From contig JBMFVV010000002.1 in assembly GCA_049965815.1 (NCBI GenBank), forward strand, positions 46,004 through 110,003: a stretch of 64,000 nucleotides of DNA, written 5' to 3'. Shown here in pieces: positions 19,450-28,871 of the stretch. The stretch comes from Thermoplasmata archaeon (GTDB lineage: Archaea > Thermoplasmatota > Thermoplasmata > Thermoplasmatales > GCA-001856825). The notes under the pieces were generated by a model, which did not search any database, had not been told where the DNA came from, and saw nothing but the letters and a program-made list of their open reading frames with translations. How positions within the stretch are numbered: the first letter of the stretch is position 1; each line of letters begins with the position of its first letter. Both the position numbers and the translations under genes were made by a program.

Positions 19450-20007
19450 TTATTCATCGCTGCAGCCTCCCATCTTCCTTGCTGTGTATAGGTCATCTAT
19501 GGTGTTTACGTTCAGCAGCCTTGAACTGAACTCTTCATTCAGGATAATGTGTTGAAACCTCTTGTCGACAAACTCGAATATCTTCTTGCTGTTCCTTGAA
19601 AATTTGAGTAAATCGTTATATACTGAATCATTGTAGATTGCAAACAGGGGTTCTACTGTCCCATCCTTGTCTATTGCAACTACAGGGACTTTATGATATT
19701 TGATAACTATGTTGAAAATAATTTCTCTGTTCAGAAGAGGTAAATCTCCACCAACTGCCAGGAATTCACCATATTTCAAAATTGCTTCCAAAATGGAATC
19801 TAGAAGAGTTCCCTCAGTATTATCTCTCTCAATTTTACACCCATCAACGACCAAATTAGGATACTTTGAATATATCACCGTTTCTTCAAAAAGACCGGTT
19901 TGATCCAACGCGTCATAAATCCTTTTGATCATGGGTTGACCACATATTGTCATTAGGTGCTTGCCAGGAAGCCTTTCACTCTGCTTCACAAATATAACTG
20001 CTTTCAC
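19450..20007 (-). CDS. MobA-like NTP transferase (probable molybdenum cofactor guanylyltransferase)
   Basis: 185 aa. The N-terminus KAVIFVKQSERLPGKHLMTICGQPMI and the segment FLAVGGDLPLL fit MobA/NTP_transf_3 architecture. Context next to the bis-MGD enzyme supports the call. Confidence 0.6.
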   Translation of the reverse strand: MKAVIFVKQSERLPGKHLMTICGQPMIKRIYDALDQTGLFEETVIYSKYPNLVVDGCKIERDNTEGTLLDSILEAILKYGEFLAVGGDLPLLNREIIFNIVIKYHKVPVVAIDKDGTVEPLFAIYNDSVYNDLLKFSRNSKKIFEFVDKRFQHIILNEEFSSRLLNVNTIDDLYTARKMGGCSDE

Positions 20008-20252
20008 TTTATCACCCTGATGTAACCGAAGGACAAGCAGCTGAATCCAGATTCTTTATCACAGACTGGCGCCTCGGCCATTAACCATCCAGCCGTTATA
20101 AATTGTTTTGTAAATTCGATCATTAAATCATAAGTTCATATTCGTGCTGGTAGATTTTCTCAAAATCGATGTTTACAGCGTGAAAACTGCTAAGATATTG
20201 CAGTTTGAACTTTCAGTGGCAATTATAATACTCAGAATACATTCAACTTTGA

Positions 20253-21701
20253 ATGAACATCACTTTAAACAAGATAGATAAGTGCAAATTTGAGATACCT
20301 ATGGACAGGGGCAAGGGGATGAATGTTCCAGGTATCATCTACACTAATGATGATCTGCTAAAAGGAATCAGTGGAGACGAATCACTGAACCAGGTCATTA
20401 ACGTAGCAAAACTGCCAGGAATTGTTAAGGCATCAATGGCGATGCCTGATATTCACCTGGGTTACGGGTTCCCGATTGGAGGTGTGGCTGCATTTGATCT
20501 TGATGATGGCATTATCAGTCCAGGAGGAGTGGGTTATGACATAAACTGCGGTGTCCGTTTAATAAGGACATCGCTGGATTACGGGCAGATTAAACACAAG
20601 ATCAAAGATCTGATAGATGAAATATTCGTAAATGTCCCATCTGGGGTTGGCAGAGAGGGAAAAGTCACACTAGAGAAAAGTGATATGGAGGATTTTCTGA
20701 GTGAGGGTTCAAGGCACGCGATCGCCGAAGGTTATGGATGGGAAAGGGACACAGAGAGGATAGAGGAAGGTGGGTCCATCGCGTTTGCGGACAGAAGCAA
20801 AGTCTCGCAGAAGGCCAGGAATAGAGGTTTCCCACAACTGGGATCACTTGGAGCTGGAAATCATTTCCTAGAGTTGCAGGCAGTTGATAAGATATATGAC
20901 GTTGAAGTAGCAGAGAAATTTGGATTGATTTCCGAAGGCCAAATAGCTATAATGGTTCACACAGGCTCCAGGGGGTTCGGGCACCAGGTAGCAACTGACT
21001 ACCTGGAAGTGATGGAAGATGCAATGAAAAAGTATAATATAACTGTGCCTGACAAGCAGCTTGCTTCTGCCCCATTTTCTTCCAAAGAAGCCCAGGACTA
21101 TATCGGTGCGATGGGCGCTGCAGCAAACTTCAGTTACTCGAATAGACAGATGATTACCCATTGGATCAGGGAGAGCTTTAAGAAAGTTCTAGGGAGAGAC
21201 CCTGAAGAGATGGGGATGGATATCGTTTACGACGTTTCTCACAATATGGCAAAGATGGAAGAACATCTAGTAGATGGAAGGACGCTGAAAGTACTAGTTC
21301 ACCGCAAGGGGGCGACCAGAGCTTTTCCTGCGGGTAGGAAGGAGCTCTCGTATCCATTTATGGATACTGGTCATCCCGTGTTAATACCTGGAACCATGGG
21401 AACGGGCTCGTACGTTCTAGTTGGGACAGAGCATGCTCTGAACGAAACGTTTGGCTCAACCTGTCACGGTTCTGGAAGGGTTATGAGCAGGAGCAGAGCG
21501 GTAAAGCAATATACAAGTCAGGGGGTTAGTGAAAGTCTGGGAAGCAAGGGCATATACGTCAGGGCAGCTACGAAGTATGTACTTCAGGAAGAGGCTCCAC
21601 TGGCCTATAAGGACGTTGATCAGGTAGTGAAATCAGTTGAATGTGCCGGAATTTCCAAGATTGTGGCGAGACTTAGACCAGTTGGAGTGATGAAAGGATG
21701 A
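20253..21701 (+). CDS. rtcB: RtcB RNA 3'-phosphate ligase (tRNA-splicing ligase)
   Basis: 482 aa with motifs MPDIHLGYGFPIGG, GGVGYDINCGVRL, GAGNHFLE, HTGSRGFGHQ and CHGSGR. Confidence 0.95.
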   Translation: MNITLNKIDKCKFEIPMDRGKGMNVPGIIYTNDDLLKGISGDESLNQVINVAKLPGIVKASMAMPDIHLGYGFPIGGVAAFDLDDGIISPGGVGYDINCGVRLIRTSLDYGQIKHKIKDLIDEIFVNVPSGVGREGKVTLEKSDMEDFLSEGSRHAIAEGYGWERDTERIEEGGSIAFADRSKVSQKARNRGFPQLGSLGAGNHFLELQAVDKIYDVEVAEKFGLISEGQIAIMVHTGSRGFGHQVATDYLEVMEDAMKKYNITVPDKQLASAPFSSKEAQDYIGAMGAAANFSYSNRQMITHWIRESFKKVLGRDPEEMGMDIVYDVSHNMAKMEEHLVDGRTLKVLVHRKGATRAFPAGRKELSYPFMDTGHPVLIPGTMGTGSYVLVGTEHALNETFGSTCHGSGRVMSRSRAVKQYTSQGVSESLGSKGIYVRAATKYVLQEEAPLAYKDVDQVVKSVECAGISKIVARLRPVGVMKG

Positions 21702-22329
21702 GCAGTACTGCGTATGCTATGCATATGAATGACACAAGGGGGATCTTGTAGACTACCCTTGAATCTTTGACCCAGAATTTGTTCTCACCGCTGCTGTTTG
21801 GCACTGTAGCCTCCGAAGCTGAATTTATTGCTTTTTGACTTAATTTCCTTCTTGTTATGACAATTGATGACGTTATTCCAATCACGCTTGCAACAAGTGT
21901 TATAGCCAGTACCGGAGGAAAGAGAGAATCAAGTAACGGTAGATGCGGATAGAAGGGGAGAGCTACGGAAATGGCCTGCAGAGCCTTCACATCACCCCTC
22001 CCTAAATTTTTATTAATTATTCCAAAAGATTTTACCAATAGGATGGAGTATGCTATCGAAATGGTCACAATAGAGGGATCAAAGACAACAGGGAGTATTA
22101 GTACTACATAGGAAATTAAAGAAAATCTTCCGAGGAAGAATTCTGAAAGAATTGGAATCAGGAACAGTGCCAACCAGAAGTTGAAGAAGACGTAATAAAA
22201 GAACATCAATACATCGAAGACAAGAAAAGTTATGGTTGTTATTTTTCTCTTCCTGAAATCCTCAAACCCCGCATAGATCAGTATGATCAGTAGAATAACT
22301 GAAATGTATGGGTAGTTCCAAGGAAACAT
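21673..22329 (-). CDS. A24-family prepilin/preflagellin peptidase
   Basis: Polytopic ORF with two catalytic Asp motifs, FEDFRKRKI and GRGDVKAL (GxGD). I prefer M10 (ATG at 22329) because the track start 22356 would overlap the pyrK 3' end by 20 nt. Confidence 0.7.
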   Translation of the reverse strand: MFPWNYPYISVILLIILIYAGFEDFRKRKITTITFLVFDVLMFFYYVFFNFWLALFLIPILSEFFLGRFSLISYVVLILPVVFDPSIVTISIAYSILLVKSFGIINKNLGRGDVKALQAISVALPFYPHLPLLDSLFPPVLAITLVASVIGITSSIVITRRKLSQKAINSASEATVPNSSGENKFWVKDSRVVYKIPLVSFICIAYAVLLILSSLQLV

Positions 22330-22336
22330 CTGGAAG

Positions 22337-23086
22337 CTACCTCTTGGCGTTTTCAAAGAATTCTATCTTACCGGATTCGCTTCTCCTTGACACACCGAAT
22401 TCTGTCATCTTCAGAACGTCAGCCATTTCGAATATTGGACCGTCTTTACATACCCTGAAGCCATTAATGCTGCAACTGTCGCATATACCGATGCCGCACT
22501 TCATCAGTCGCTCTAGTGAAAAGAATATCTTGGCCCTAGTTTTCCTGTCTATCCTATCCAATAACGATTTTACCATCAGTTCTGGTCCACAGACAAAGAT
22601 GTAATCGTATTCGTTGACGTGAGGAACAAAGAGATCAACAACCGTCCCCTTAAAACCAAGTGAGCCATCATCCGTTGCCACTTTGTACCCCTCCCTCACT
22701 AGAAATAGATCGTCCCTGGTTCTTGCCCCTACAAATACATCTCCACCGTACTTCAGTATCATTGAATTGAGTGATGCTAGTCCGGTCCCCCCTCCAACAT
22801 ATGCTACCCTTCCAGACGGTTTTGGGTAGTGGTTTCCATATGGCCCCCTGTAAAATACCCTGTCTCCAGATTTAAGCTTCGCAAGAGTCTTTGTCGTTTC
22901 ACCAAAAGTCCTAAATGTAATTGACGGAGGATCAGATACGTTTGAAAGAGACATCGGTATTTCCTTTCCACCTGGCACCCATATCATGAGGAATTGCCCA
23001 GGCTCTGCCGAAATGTGTGAGTCGAATTCCATCGTGAATACGTCCTTATTTTCTCTTTCGATATTAATTACTTTTGCGTGCTGCAT
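22337..23086 (-). CDS. pyrK: Dihydroorotate dehydrogenase electron-transfer subunit
   Basis: 249 aa with the C-terminal [2Fe-2S] motif CGIGICDSCSINGFRVCKDGPIF. It overlaps and follows pyrD. Confidence 0.85.
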   Translation of the reverse strand: MQHAKVINIERENKDVFTMEFDSHISAEPGQFLMIWVPGGKEIPMSLSNVSDPPSITFRTFGETTKTLAKLKSGDRVFYRGPYGNHYPKPSGRVAYVGGGTGLASLNSMILKYGGDVFVGARTRDDLFLVREGYKVATDDGSLGFKGTVVDLFVPHVNEYDYIFVCGPELMVKSLLDRIDRKTRAKIFFSLERLMKCGIGICDSCSINGFRVCKDGPIFEMADVLKMTEFGVSRRSESGKIEFFENAKR

Positions 23087-23984
23087 TCTTTACCATCACC
23101 CCCACTATGTCGTCAAGTTTTGAATATCCCTCTGAGTCTAGATAATTGCTTATTCCTTTTTTAATATCCGAATAAATCCGGTAGTCATCATATAGAAATG
23201 CTGTACCTACCTGAATGGCCCTGGCCCCCAAGAGGAAGAACTCGATTGCATCTTCCCATGTCGTAATTCCGCCAACTCCAACTATGTCCTTTCTGGTTTC
23301 TTTGTATACATCATATACTGCCCTCAAGGCGACTGGCTTTATACCCGGTCCTGAATAGCCACCAACCACGTTCGAGAGGGAGTATTTTCTCGAATATATT
23401 TCAACTCCTATTGCCCTGAGAGTGTTTATGAGAACCAGCGCATCAGCCTTCTCAGATGCTTTTGCTAGGGCGACTATGTCCGTCACGTTTGGTGTTAGCT
23501 TTGACCATATCTGAAGGTTAGTCTTACTCTTTATCTCGTTTATAATCTCTTCCACCAGATCCACATCCTGCCCGACTTCTGAACCTACCCCCTGTACGTG
23601 CGGACAAGATAAATTTAACTCAACTTTGTCAAATCCTGCTACCTCAACTTTCTTCGAAAGATTGACAAACTCTTCAACACTCCCTCCGAAAATGGATACA
23701 ACAGTCCTCTTTTTTTCAGAGAAATTTCTATATTCTTCTATAAAGTTGTCAATTCCTGGATTTGCAAGCCCCACCGCGTTGAGGAGACCGGTCTTTATCT
23801 CAGATATTACAGGAGTTGGATACCCGGCCCTCTCGCTGATACCAATAGACTTTGTCACGACTGCTCCTGCACCTGACTGCAGTGAGCGAAGCAGTGACCC
23901 AGATGTCTCGTCCAGTATGCCACTGGCAAGAATGACCGGATTTTCCATGGAAAAGTTACCAACCTTAGTGGAAATTGAAGCCAT
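23064..23984 (-). CDS. pyrD: Dihydroorotate dehydrogenase (class 1B) catalytic subunit
   Basis: 306 aa with motifs NPVILASG, NAVGLANPG, LNLSCPH and GGITTWEDAIEF. Confidence 0.9.
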   Translation of the reverse strand: MASISTKVGNFSMENPVILASGILDETSGSLLRSLQSGAGAVVTKSIGISERAGYPTPVISEIKTGLLNAVGLANPGIDNFIEEYRNFSEKKRTVVSIFGGSVEEFVNLSKKVEVAGFDKVELNLSCPHVQGVGSEVGQDVDLVEEIINEIKSKTNLQIWSKLTPNVTDIVALAKASEKADALVLINTLRAIGVEIYSRKYSLSNVVGGYSGPGIKPVALRAVYDVYKETRKDIVGVGGITTWEDAIEFFLLGARAIQVGTAFLYDDYRIYSDIKKGISNYLDSEGYSKLDDIVGVMVKNAARKSN

Positions 23985-24013
23985 CGAAGTAGATTTCCAT
24001 GTTACATAAAAAT

Positions 24014-25780
24014 TTAGGGATTATCTGCAAGAGCTTTCTTCTTCTGCGAATGATACATCTCCATAATTTCCTGTTCATTAGTGGCTTCGTCTGCTTTTTT
24101 GTCTGTTCTCCATCTACCTGTGAATCTTGGGAATCTAATTGCCAGTCCCGCCCCCTTCTTTACAACATCACGGCAGCAAGTATGGGTAGGCGAAAGCGTT
24201 ATTTCTGCACCTTTGACCTCTAGGACGATGGATGGTGCAAACCAGAAGTCCGCATCTATGGCACTTTCGACCCTCGGATCCTTTGTCTTCATTGAGTACG
24301 GCTTAAGCATTCTTGGAAGGTTATCTAGCTGTTCTTCTGAAAAGCCGGACCCAAGTTTGCAGATAGTCCTGAACTTGTCTTCCTCTCTAGAATAAACTGC
24401 CATGAGCAGTGCACCATAACCTCCGCTCCTTTTCCCTTGGCCACCGAACGCTCCAACAACAACTAGGTCGACGGTGTCTTCCATTTCCAGTTGGTATTCC
24501 CTCTTGTACTTAATCCATAGAAACTCTCTCGCTCCAGGCTTATAGATAGATTTGTCTTCTATGCTCTTTGCCATTATTCCTTCACATCCGGCCTCTAACG
24601 CTTCGTTGAAGAACCTGTCTGCCGATTCAACGTCAGAAACCACTCTGCTCTTGGCAATTTTTATGTTCTCGCTCTCTTCTATTGCATTTATTAGCTTAAG
24701 TCTCCTCTGGGCGTAAGGTATATCCATTAGGTTTATGTCGTTAATCATCATTGCATCAAATAAGAAGAGGACAACTGGAATCTTCTCTATAGTCTCCTTC
24801 AGGTCATATTTTCTCCCTCTCCGTCGGGATATTTCCTGGAATGGGAGCATTTCATTTGTATCCATGTTGAATGGAACAGCTTCTCCATCGAGGATGGCGT
24901 TTTCAGCTTTCACATTCTTCTTGATCTCATCAATTATGTCAGGAAATTGCGACGTGACATTTTCCAGTCTCCTTGAGAATAATTCTACCCTGTTTCCGAT
25001 CTTGTGTACCTGAGTTCTAAGACCATCGTATTTGTATTCTATCGCAAATCTTCCGTCCATCCTTTCGAGAATTTCATTTAGCGATGGCAGCCTTTCTGCA
25101 AGCATAGACCGAATTGGAATTCCTGGAGTCACCTTTAAACTTAAAAGTGAATCGATCCCTCCTGACATCGCCCTGTAGGCAAGCTCCGAAAGGTTGGGCA
25201 TGATGTTGTATGCTCTTTCAACGAGATCGCTCTTCTCCTTTGTTCCATAAGCGACAGCGATAGAATCCACTATCGTCATGTCTGCCACCCCAATTCTCAT
25301 CTTACCTGTTACAATTCTAAGGAGATACCTGATTTCTACAGGTTCAGCGTTTTGGAGTAGGTCAAGTAGGATTTGTAGCTTCCTCGTCTGAGACCCCTCT
25401 CCACTTGCCCTGGAAATTTTCAATAGGGAACCGTATACCTTCTTAACTGTCAGTTCTTCAGAGAAAAGTGATGCCTGTCTCTTGTTTTTAAGGAGCTCTT
25501 CTCCAATTTTCCCAAGGTCACCTTTCTTGATTAACTCCGTATCTATAGTGGCTTCCTTCAACCCGCTCAAAGAGGATAGTGCCCTAATAGCAATTTTCTC
25601 TGCTATTCCCAGCTCGATACCCTCGTAATCTGGTGCTACCTTTCCCTGGAGTAGAAATACTGTTTCCCGAATATCATCTTCAGCTCTCCTCAAAAGCCCA
25701 GATATCAGATCAACCATCTCAAGCCTTTTCGTTGTACTTTCTATTTTGTCAAGTATTTCCGCAAGCTCTAGGAATCTCAC
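24014..25780 (-). CDS. lig: ATP-dependent DNA ligase
   Basis: 588 aa with a GTG start. The adenylation motif is EYKYDGLRTQVH (KxDG), followed by EGIMAK and the downstream OB domain. Confidence 0.95.
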   Translation of the reverse strand: MRFLELAEILDKIESTTKRLEMVDLISGLLRRAEDDIRETVFLLQGKVAPDYEGIELGIAEKIAIRALSSLSGLKEATIDTELIKKGDLGKIGEELLKNKRQASLFSEELTVKKVYGSLLKISRASGEGSQTRKLQILLDLLQNAEPVEIRYLLRIVTGKMRIGVADMTIVDSIAVAYGTKEKSDLVERAYNIMPNLSELAYRAMSGGIDSLLSLKVTPGIPIRSMLAERLPSLNEILERMDGRFAIEYKYDGLRTQVHKIGNRVELFSRRLENVTSQFPDIIDEIKKNVKAENAILDGEAVPFNMDTNEMLPFQEISRRRGRKYDLKETIEKIPVVLFLFDAMMINDINLMDIPYAQRRLKLINAIEESENIKIAKSRVVSDVESADRFFNEALEAGCEGIMAKSIEDKSIYKPGAREFLWIKYKREYQLEMEDTVDLVVVGAFGGQGKRSGGYGALLMAVYSREEDKFRTICKLGSGFSEEQLDNLPRMLKPYSMKTKDPRVESAIDADFWFAPSIVLEVKGAEITLSPTHTCCRDVVKKGAGLAIRFPRFTGRWRTDKKADEATNEQEIMEMYHSQKKKALADNP

Positions 25781-26058
25781 AAATACAAATACGACATCTA
25801 CTAATAAATATCACCAATATTCTCACGATTGCTTTGCTCCAGGAAGAATGGCTCGGAAGGAATGTTAGAGGCAATAGGATAGTTGAAATCCACTGCAATT
25901 TCTAATCAAAACTACATTATCCACCTTTAGAAACCCGATATGGATGCTCAGTCGTCTACTGTTGTTTCATGGATGCATATGGACCATTGACACGTTGTGA
26001 AACTTGGGGGTATTAGTTAAGCATGAAGACGGATATATTTATTCACGCAAAACACTTT

Positions 26059-26070
26059 AATGATTATTAA
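26059..26070 (+). repeat. 12-nt A/T box AATGATTATTAA, copy 1
   Basis: Exact 12-mer read directly. The second copy is at 26260-26271. An ATG follows 24 nt downstream. Confidence 0.6.
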
Positions 26071-26259
26071 AATAAATCTTTGTCTTTTCTAAAATGCAGA
26101 TAAATACTGTGTCTAGTAGACGATGTGGTTTGATAGTTACTATTGTTGCCAATGAGTGGTCGAAGTCGACAGTTCTCTAAATGCTTTTATTTGAGTAAAA
26201 AATGGGGAAATGATCCAGTTGAGAAGCGAAATTGAACTATCAGATAACGGGGAAAATGC

Positions 26260-26271
26260 AATGATTATTAA
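26260..26271 (+). promoter_or_regulatory. 12-nt A/T box AATGATTATTAA, copy 2; probable TATA-like element of the thiolase/hbd operon
   Basis: Exact repeat of 26059-26070. It ends 30 nt upstream of the thiolase ATG at 26301. Confidence 0.4.
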
Positions 26272-26300
26272 GTTAACTGGTTCAAATAGAGGGATCTAAA

Positions 26301-27461
26301 ATGGTAGACGTTTTTATAGTTGGCGCAATGAGAACACCCTTGGGGAAATATGGAAAGTCGCTTTCAGCGTACAGCGCAATAGAACTAGGCACAGTCGCCA
26401 TAAAGGCAGCACTGCAGAAAGCAGGAGTTCAACCCGCTCAGGTACAGGAAGTTGTTATGGGGAATGTCATAGAAGCCGGGCTCGGTCAAGACCCTGCACG
26501 CCAGGCAGCAATTGCTGCAGGCATTCCAGTTGAAGTCTCTGGTTCAACAGTCAACATGGTATGCGCGTCTGGAATGCTCGCTATTGCAAATGCATTTTAT
26601 CAGATAAAGGCGGGCCAGAGGGATGTTATGGTGGTAGGAGGTATGGAAAGTATGAGCAACGCACCATTCATACTTGACTCGAGCTTTAGGAGAGAAAATA
26701 AGGGGCTGAGCGCATCCAGACCCGTAATGGACGCCATGATAAAGGACGGACTTTGGGACTTTAAGTACAATAAACATATGGGAGCGATTTCAGACGAATG
26801 GGCAAAGGATCATAATATCACGAGAGAGATGGCAGATGAGTATGCACTGGAAAGCTTCAAGAGGGCTTCCGAAGCAACAAAGAATGGTTACTTTAAGAAA
26901 GAAATAGCTCCGATAAGGGGGTTTGACTTGGACGAAGGAATTAGGGAGACAAGCAAAGAAATGTTGGCCAGCCTTAAGCCATCATTTACTCCAGATGGTA
27001 TTCTGACTGCGGGAAATTCCTCACAGATAACAGATGGAGCTGCCGCGCTAGTTTTGGCCAACGAGGATTTTATAAATCAAAATTCGCTTGAAAAGAGGGC
27101 AAAAATCATTGGTTTTGACACAACATCGATGGACCCTTATGATTTCCCCTATTCCCCTGTACCGTCAGTGAAGAACCTTCTCAAGAGGATAGGAATGAAA
27201 ATAGGGGACTTCGATCTGGTAGAACACAATGAGGCATTTTCTGTTGCATCCATAGCGGTCAGGGATGGACTTGGACTGGATTGGAAGAAATTCAATATCC
27301 GAGGTGGTGCTATTGCGATCGGTCACCCGCTAGGTGCATCTGGAGCTAGAATAGTCGTGACGCTCCTAAGAGAGCTTGAGGATCTCAAGCTGGGAAGGGG
27401 AATAGCCACCATCTGCCACGGTGGTGGAGGGGCATATTCTATGGCAATTGAGGCGATCTAA
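26301..27461 (+). CDS. Acetyl-CoA C-acetyltransferase (thiolase II type)
   Basis: 386 aa with the active-site Cys segment VNMVCASGMLAI, plus NEAFS, GHPLGASGARI and CHGGGG. Confidence 0.9.
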   Translation: MVDVFIVGAMRTPLGKYGKSLSAYSAIELGTVAIKAALQKAGVQPAQVQEVVMGNVIEAGLGQDPARQAAIAAGIPVEVSGSTVNMVCASGMLAIANAFYQIKAGQRDVMVVGGMESMSNAPFILDSSFRRENKGLSASRPVMDAMIKDGLWDFKYNKHMGAISDEWAKDHNITREMADEYALESFKRASEATKNGYFKKEIAPIRGFDLDEGIRETSKEMLASLKPSFTPDGILTAGNSSQITDGAAALVLANEDFINQNSLEKRAKIIGFDTTSMDPYDFPYSPVPSVKNLLKRIGMKIGDFDLVEHNEAFSVASIAVRDGLGLDWKKFNIRGGAIAIGHPLGASGARIVVTLLRELEDLKLGRGIATICHGGGGAYSMAIEAI

Positions 27462-28298
27462 ATGAAAATAGGTGTAATTGGAATTGGTATAATGGGGTCT
27501 GGAATTGCTCAGCTTTCGGCAACCGCTGGGCATGATGTTGTTGTAACTGACGTAAGCAAGGATTTCTATGATAAGGCAGTAATATCAATGGGAAAAAGCA
27601 TTGACAAACTGATAGAGAAGAAAGTTGTAAATCAGACCAAGGAGAAGATACTGTCAAGAATAACTTATTCTGACGAGCTCAAGGCATTTTCTGACTGTAA
27701 CATAGTGATTGAAGCTGTAGTGGAAAATTACAAAGAAAAGGTAAATTTCTTGAAGAAACTAGAACCCATAGTCTCAAAGGATGCCATTCTTGCGTCAAAT
27801 ACTTCCTCGATCAGCATAACATCCCTTGCATCCAGTCTCAAGGACCCATCAAGATTTTTGGGGATTCACTTCTTCAATCCAGTTGCCTTAATGAACCTCA
27901 TAGAACTGATAAAAGGCGTCAGGACATCAAAGGAAGCATTAGACCGCGCTATCGAGTTTTCCAAGAGTGTTGGAAAGGAATATGTTGTAGTCAATGACTC
28001 TCCTGGATTTGTCACTACAAGGGTGATAGCTTTGCTAGTGAATGAAGGTGCATTTGAGTACTCCGAAGGTCTCGCCTCCAGGGAGGACATAGACAAGGCA
28101 CTCAAATTAGGTGGCAACTTTCCGATGGGACCACTAACCCTAGGAGATCTTATCGGCCTGGATACGGTCGTCAATATTATGGATGTGATGTACGACTCAT
28201 TTAAAGACCCAAAATTCAGGGCTGCGCCAATACTGAGAAAGATGGTCGAGGCAGGAAAGCTCGGCAGAAAAACAGGAGAAGGATTCTACAAATACTGA
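27462..28298 (+). CDS. hbd: 3-hydroxyacyl/3-hydroxybutyryl-CoA dehydrogenase
   Basis: 278 aa with the Rossmann motif IGVIGIGIMGSGIAQ, plus NTSSISIT and GFVTTR. It starts immediately after the thiolase stop. Confidence 0.9.
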   Translation: MKIGVIGIGIMGSGIAQLSATAGHDVVVTDVSKDFYDKAVISMGKSIDKLIEKKVVNQTKEKILSRITYSDELKAFSDCNIVIEAVVENYKEKVNFLKKLEPIVSKDAILASNTSSISITSLASSLKDPSRFLGIHFFNPVALMNLIELIKGVRTSKEALDRAIEFSKSVGKEYVVVNDSPGFVTTRVIALLVNEGAFEYSEGLASREDIDKALKLGGNFPMGPLTLGDLIGLDTVVNIMDVMYDSFKDPKFRAAPILRKMVEAGKLGRKTGEGFYKY

Positions 28299-28415
28299 AT
28301 TATTGAAACAGGTAGACAGGCCTGGAAATTACTCACAAATTTTGATTATACAACAAAACTAGCGTTTCTGATAATAAGAGAAAGAAGTAAAAATAAAAAA
28401 GAAGTATTGATGAGA

Positions 28416-28871
28416 CTACTCGTCCAGTTCGGCCCAGATATCTGAAGATCTCCACTCTGGTTCTTTTGATATCTTCATCTTTATCTTCATTCCCACCTTG
28501 ACCTTCTTCGTGTCCTTGGCCTTTAGCCTAGTCAGGAATAGGGTATCTACTCCCTCCAGTTCAACATATACTAGTTGAAATGGAAGGTCTTTCAGGAATT
28601 TCTCTCCCGCAAAGTAGAGTGTGGTGAATGTGTGTATTTTTCCCTTTCCGGATATCTCTACCCACTTTGTTTCCCTCAGGCAGTAAGGGCAGTCAGATCT
28701 AGGGGGAAGAAAAGTCCGCTTGCAGTGATCACATCTGGTAGCCATTATTTTTCCTTCGGATAATGCGGTGAAAAATCTCGTAGTCTTGCCATAGGAATGC
28801 TTGTATGTTATTTCGTACGGCGTCTTTATTATCAATGGGTCAAATGAATATACTTCTGTCATCTTCTTCAC
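28416..28871 (-). CDS. DUF35 family Zn-ribbon/OB-fold protein (thiolase partner)
   Basis: 151 aa with zinc ribbon CDHCKRTFLPPRSDCPYC followed by an OB-fold segment. The GTG start overlaps the upstream stop (GTGA). An alternative ATG start is at 28862. Confidence 0.8.
   Translation of the reverse strand: MKKMTEVYSFDPLIIKTPYEITYKHSYGKTTRFFTALSEGKIMATRCDHCKRTFLPPRSDCPYCLRETKWVEISGKGKIHTFTTLYFAGEKFLKDLPFQLVYVELEGVDTLFLTRLKAKDTKKVKVGMKIKMKISKEPEWRSSDIWAELDE

Noticed and set aside
20008-20080. Duplicated CTTTATCAC and UGAUGU/CUGA-like boxes upstream of the MobA-like gene, as a possible sRNA
   Set aside because: Only one plausible C/D pair is present, with no second box set or terminal stem. The region is more simply the divergent promoter between the MobA-like gene and rtcB.
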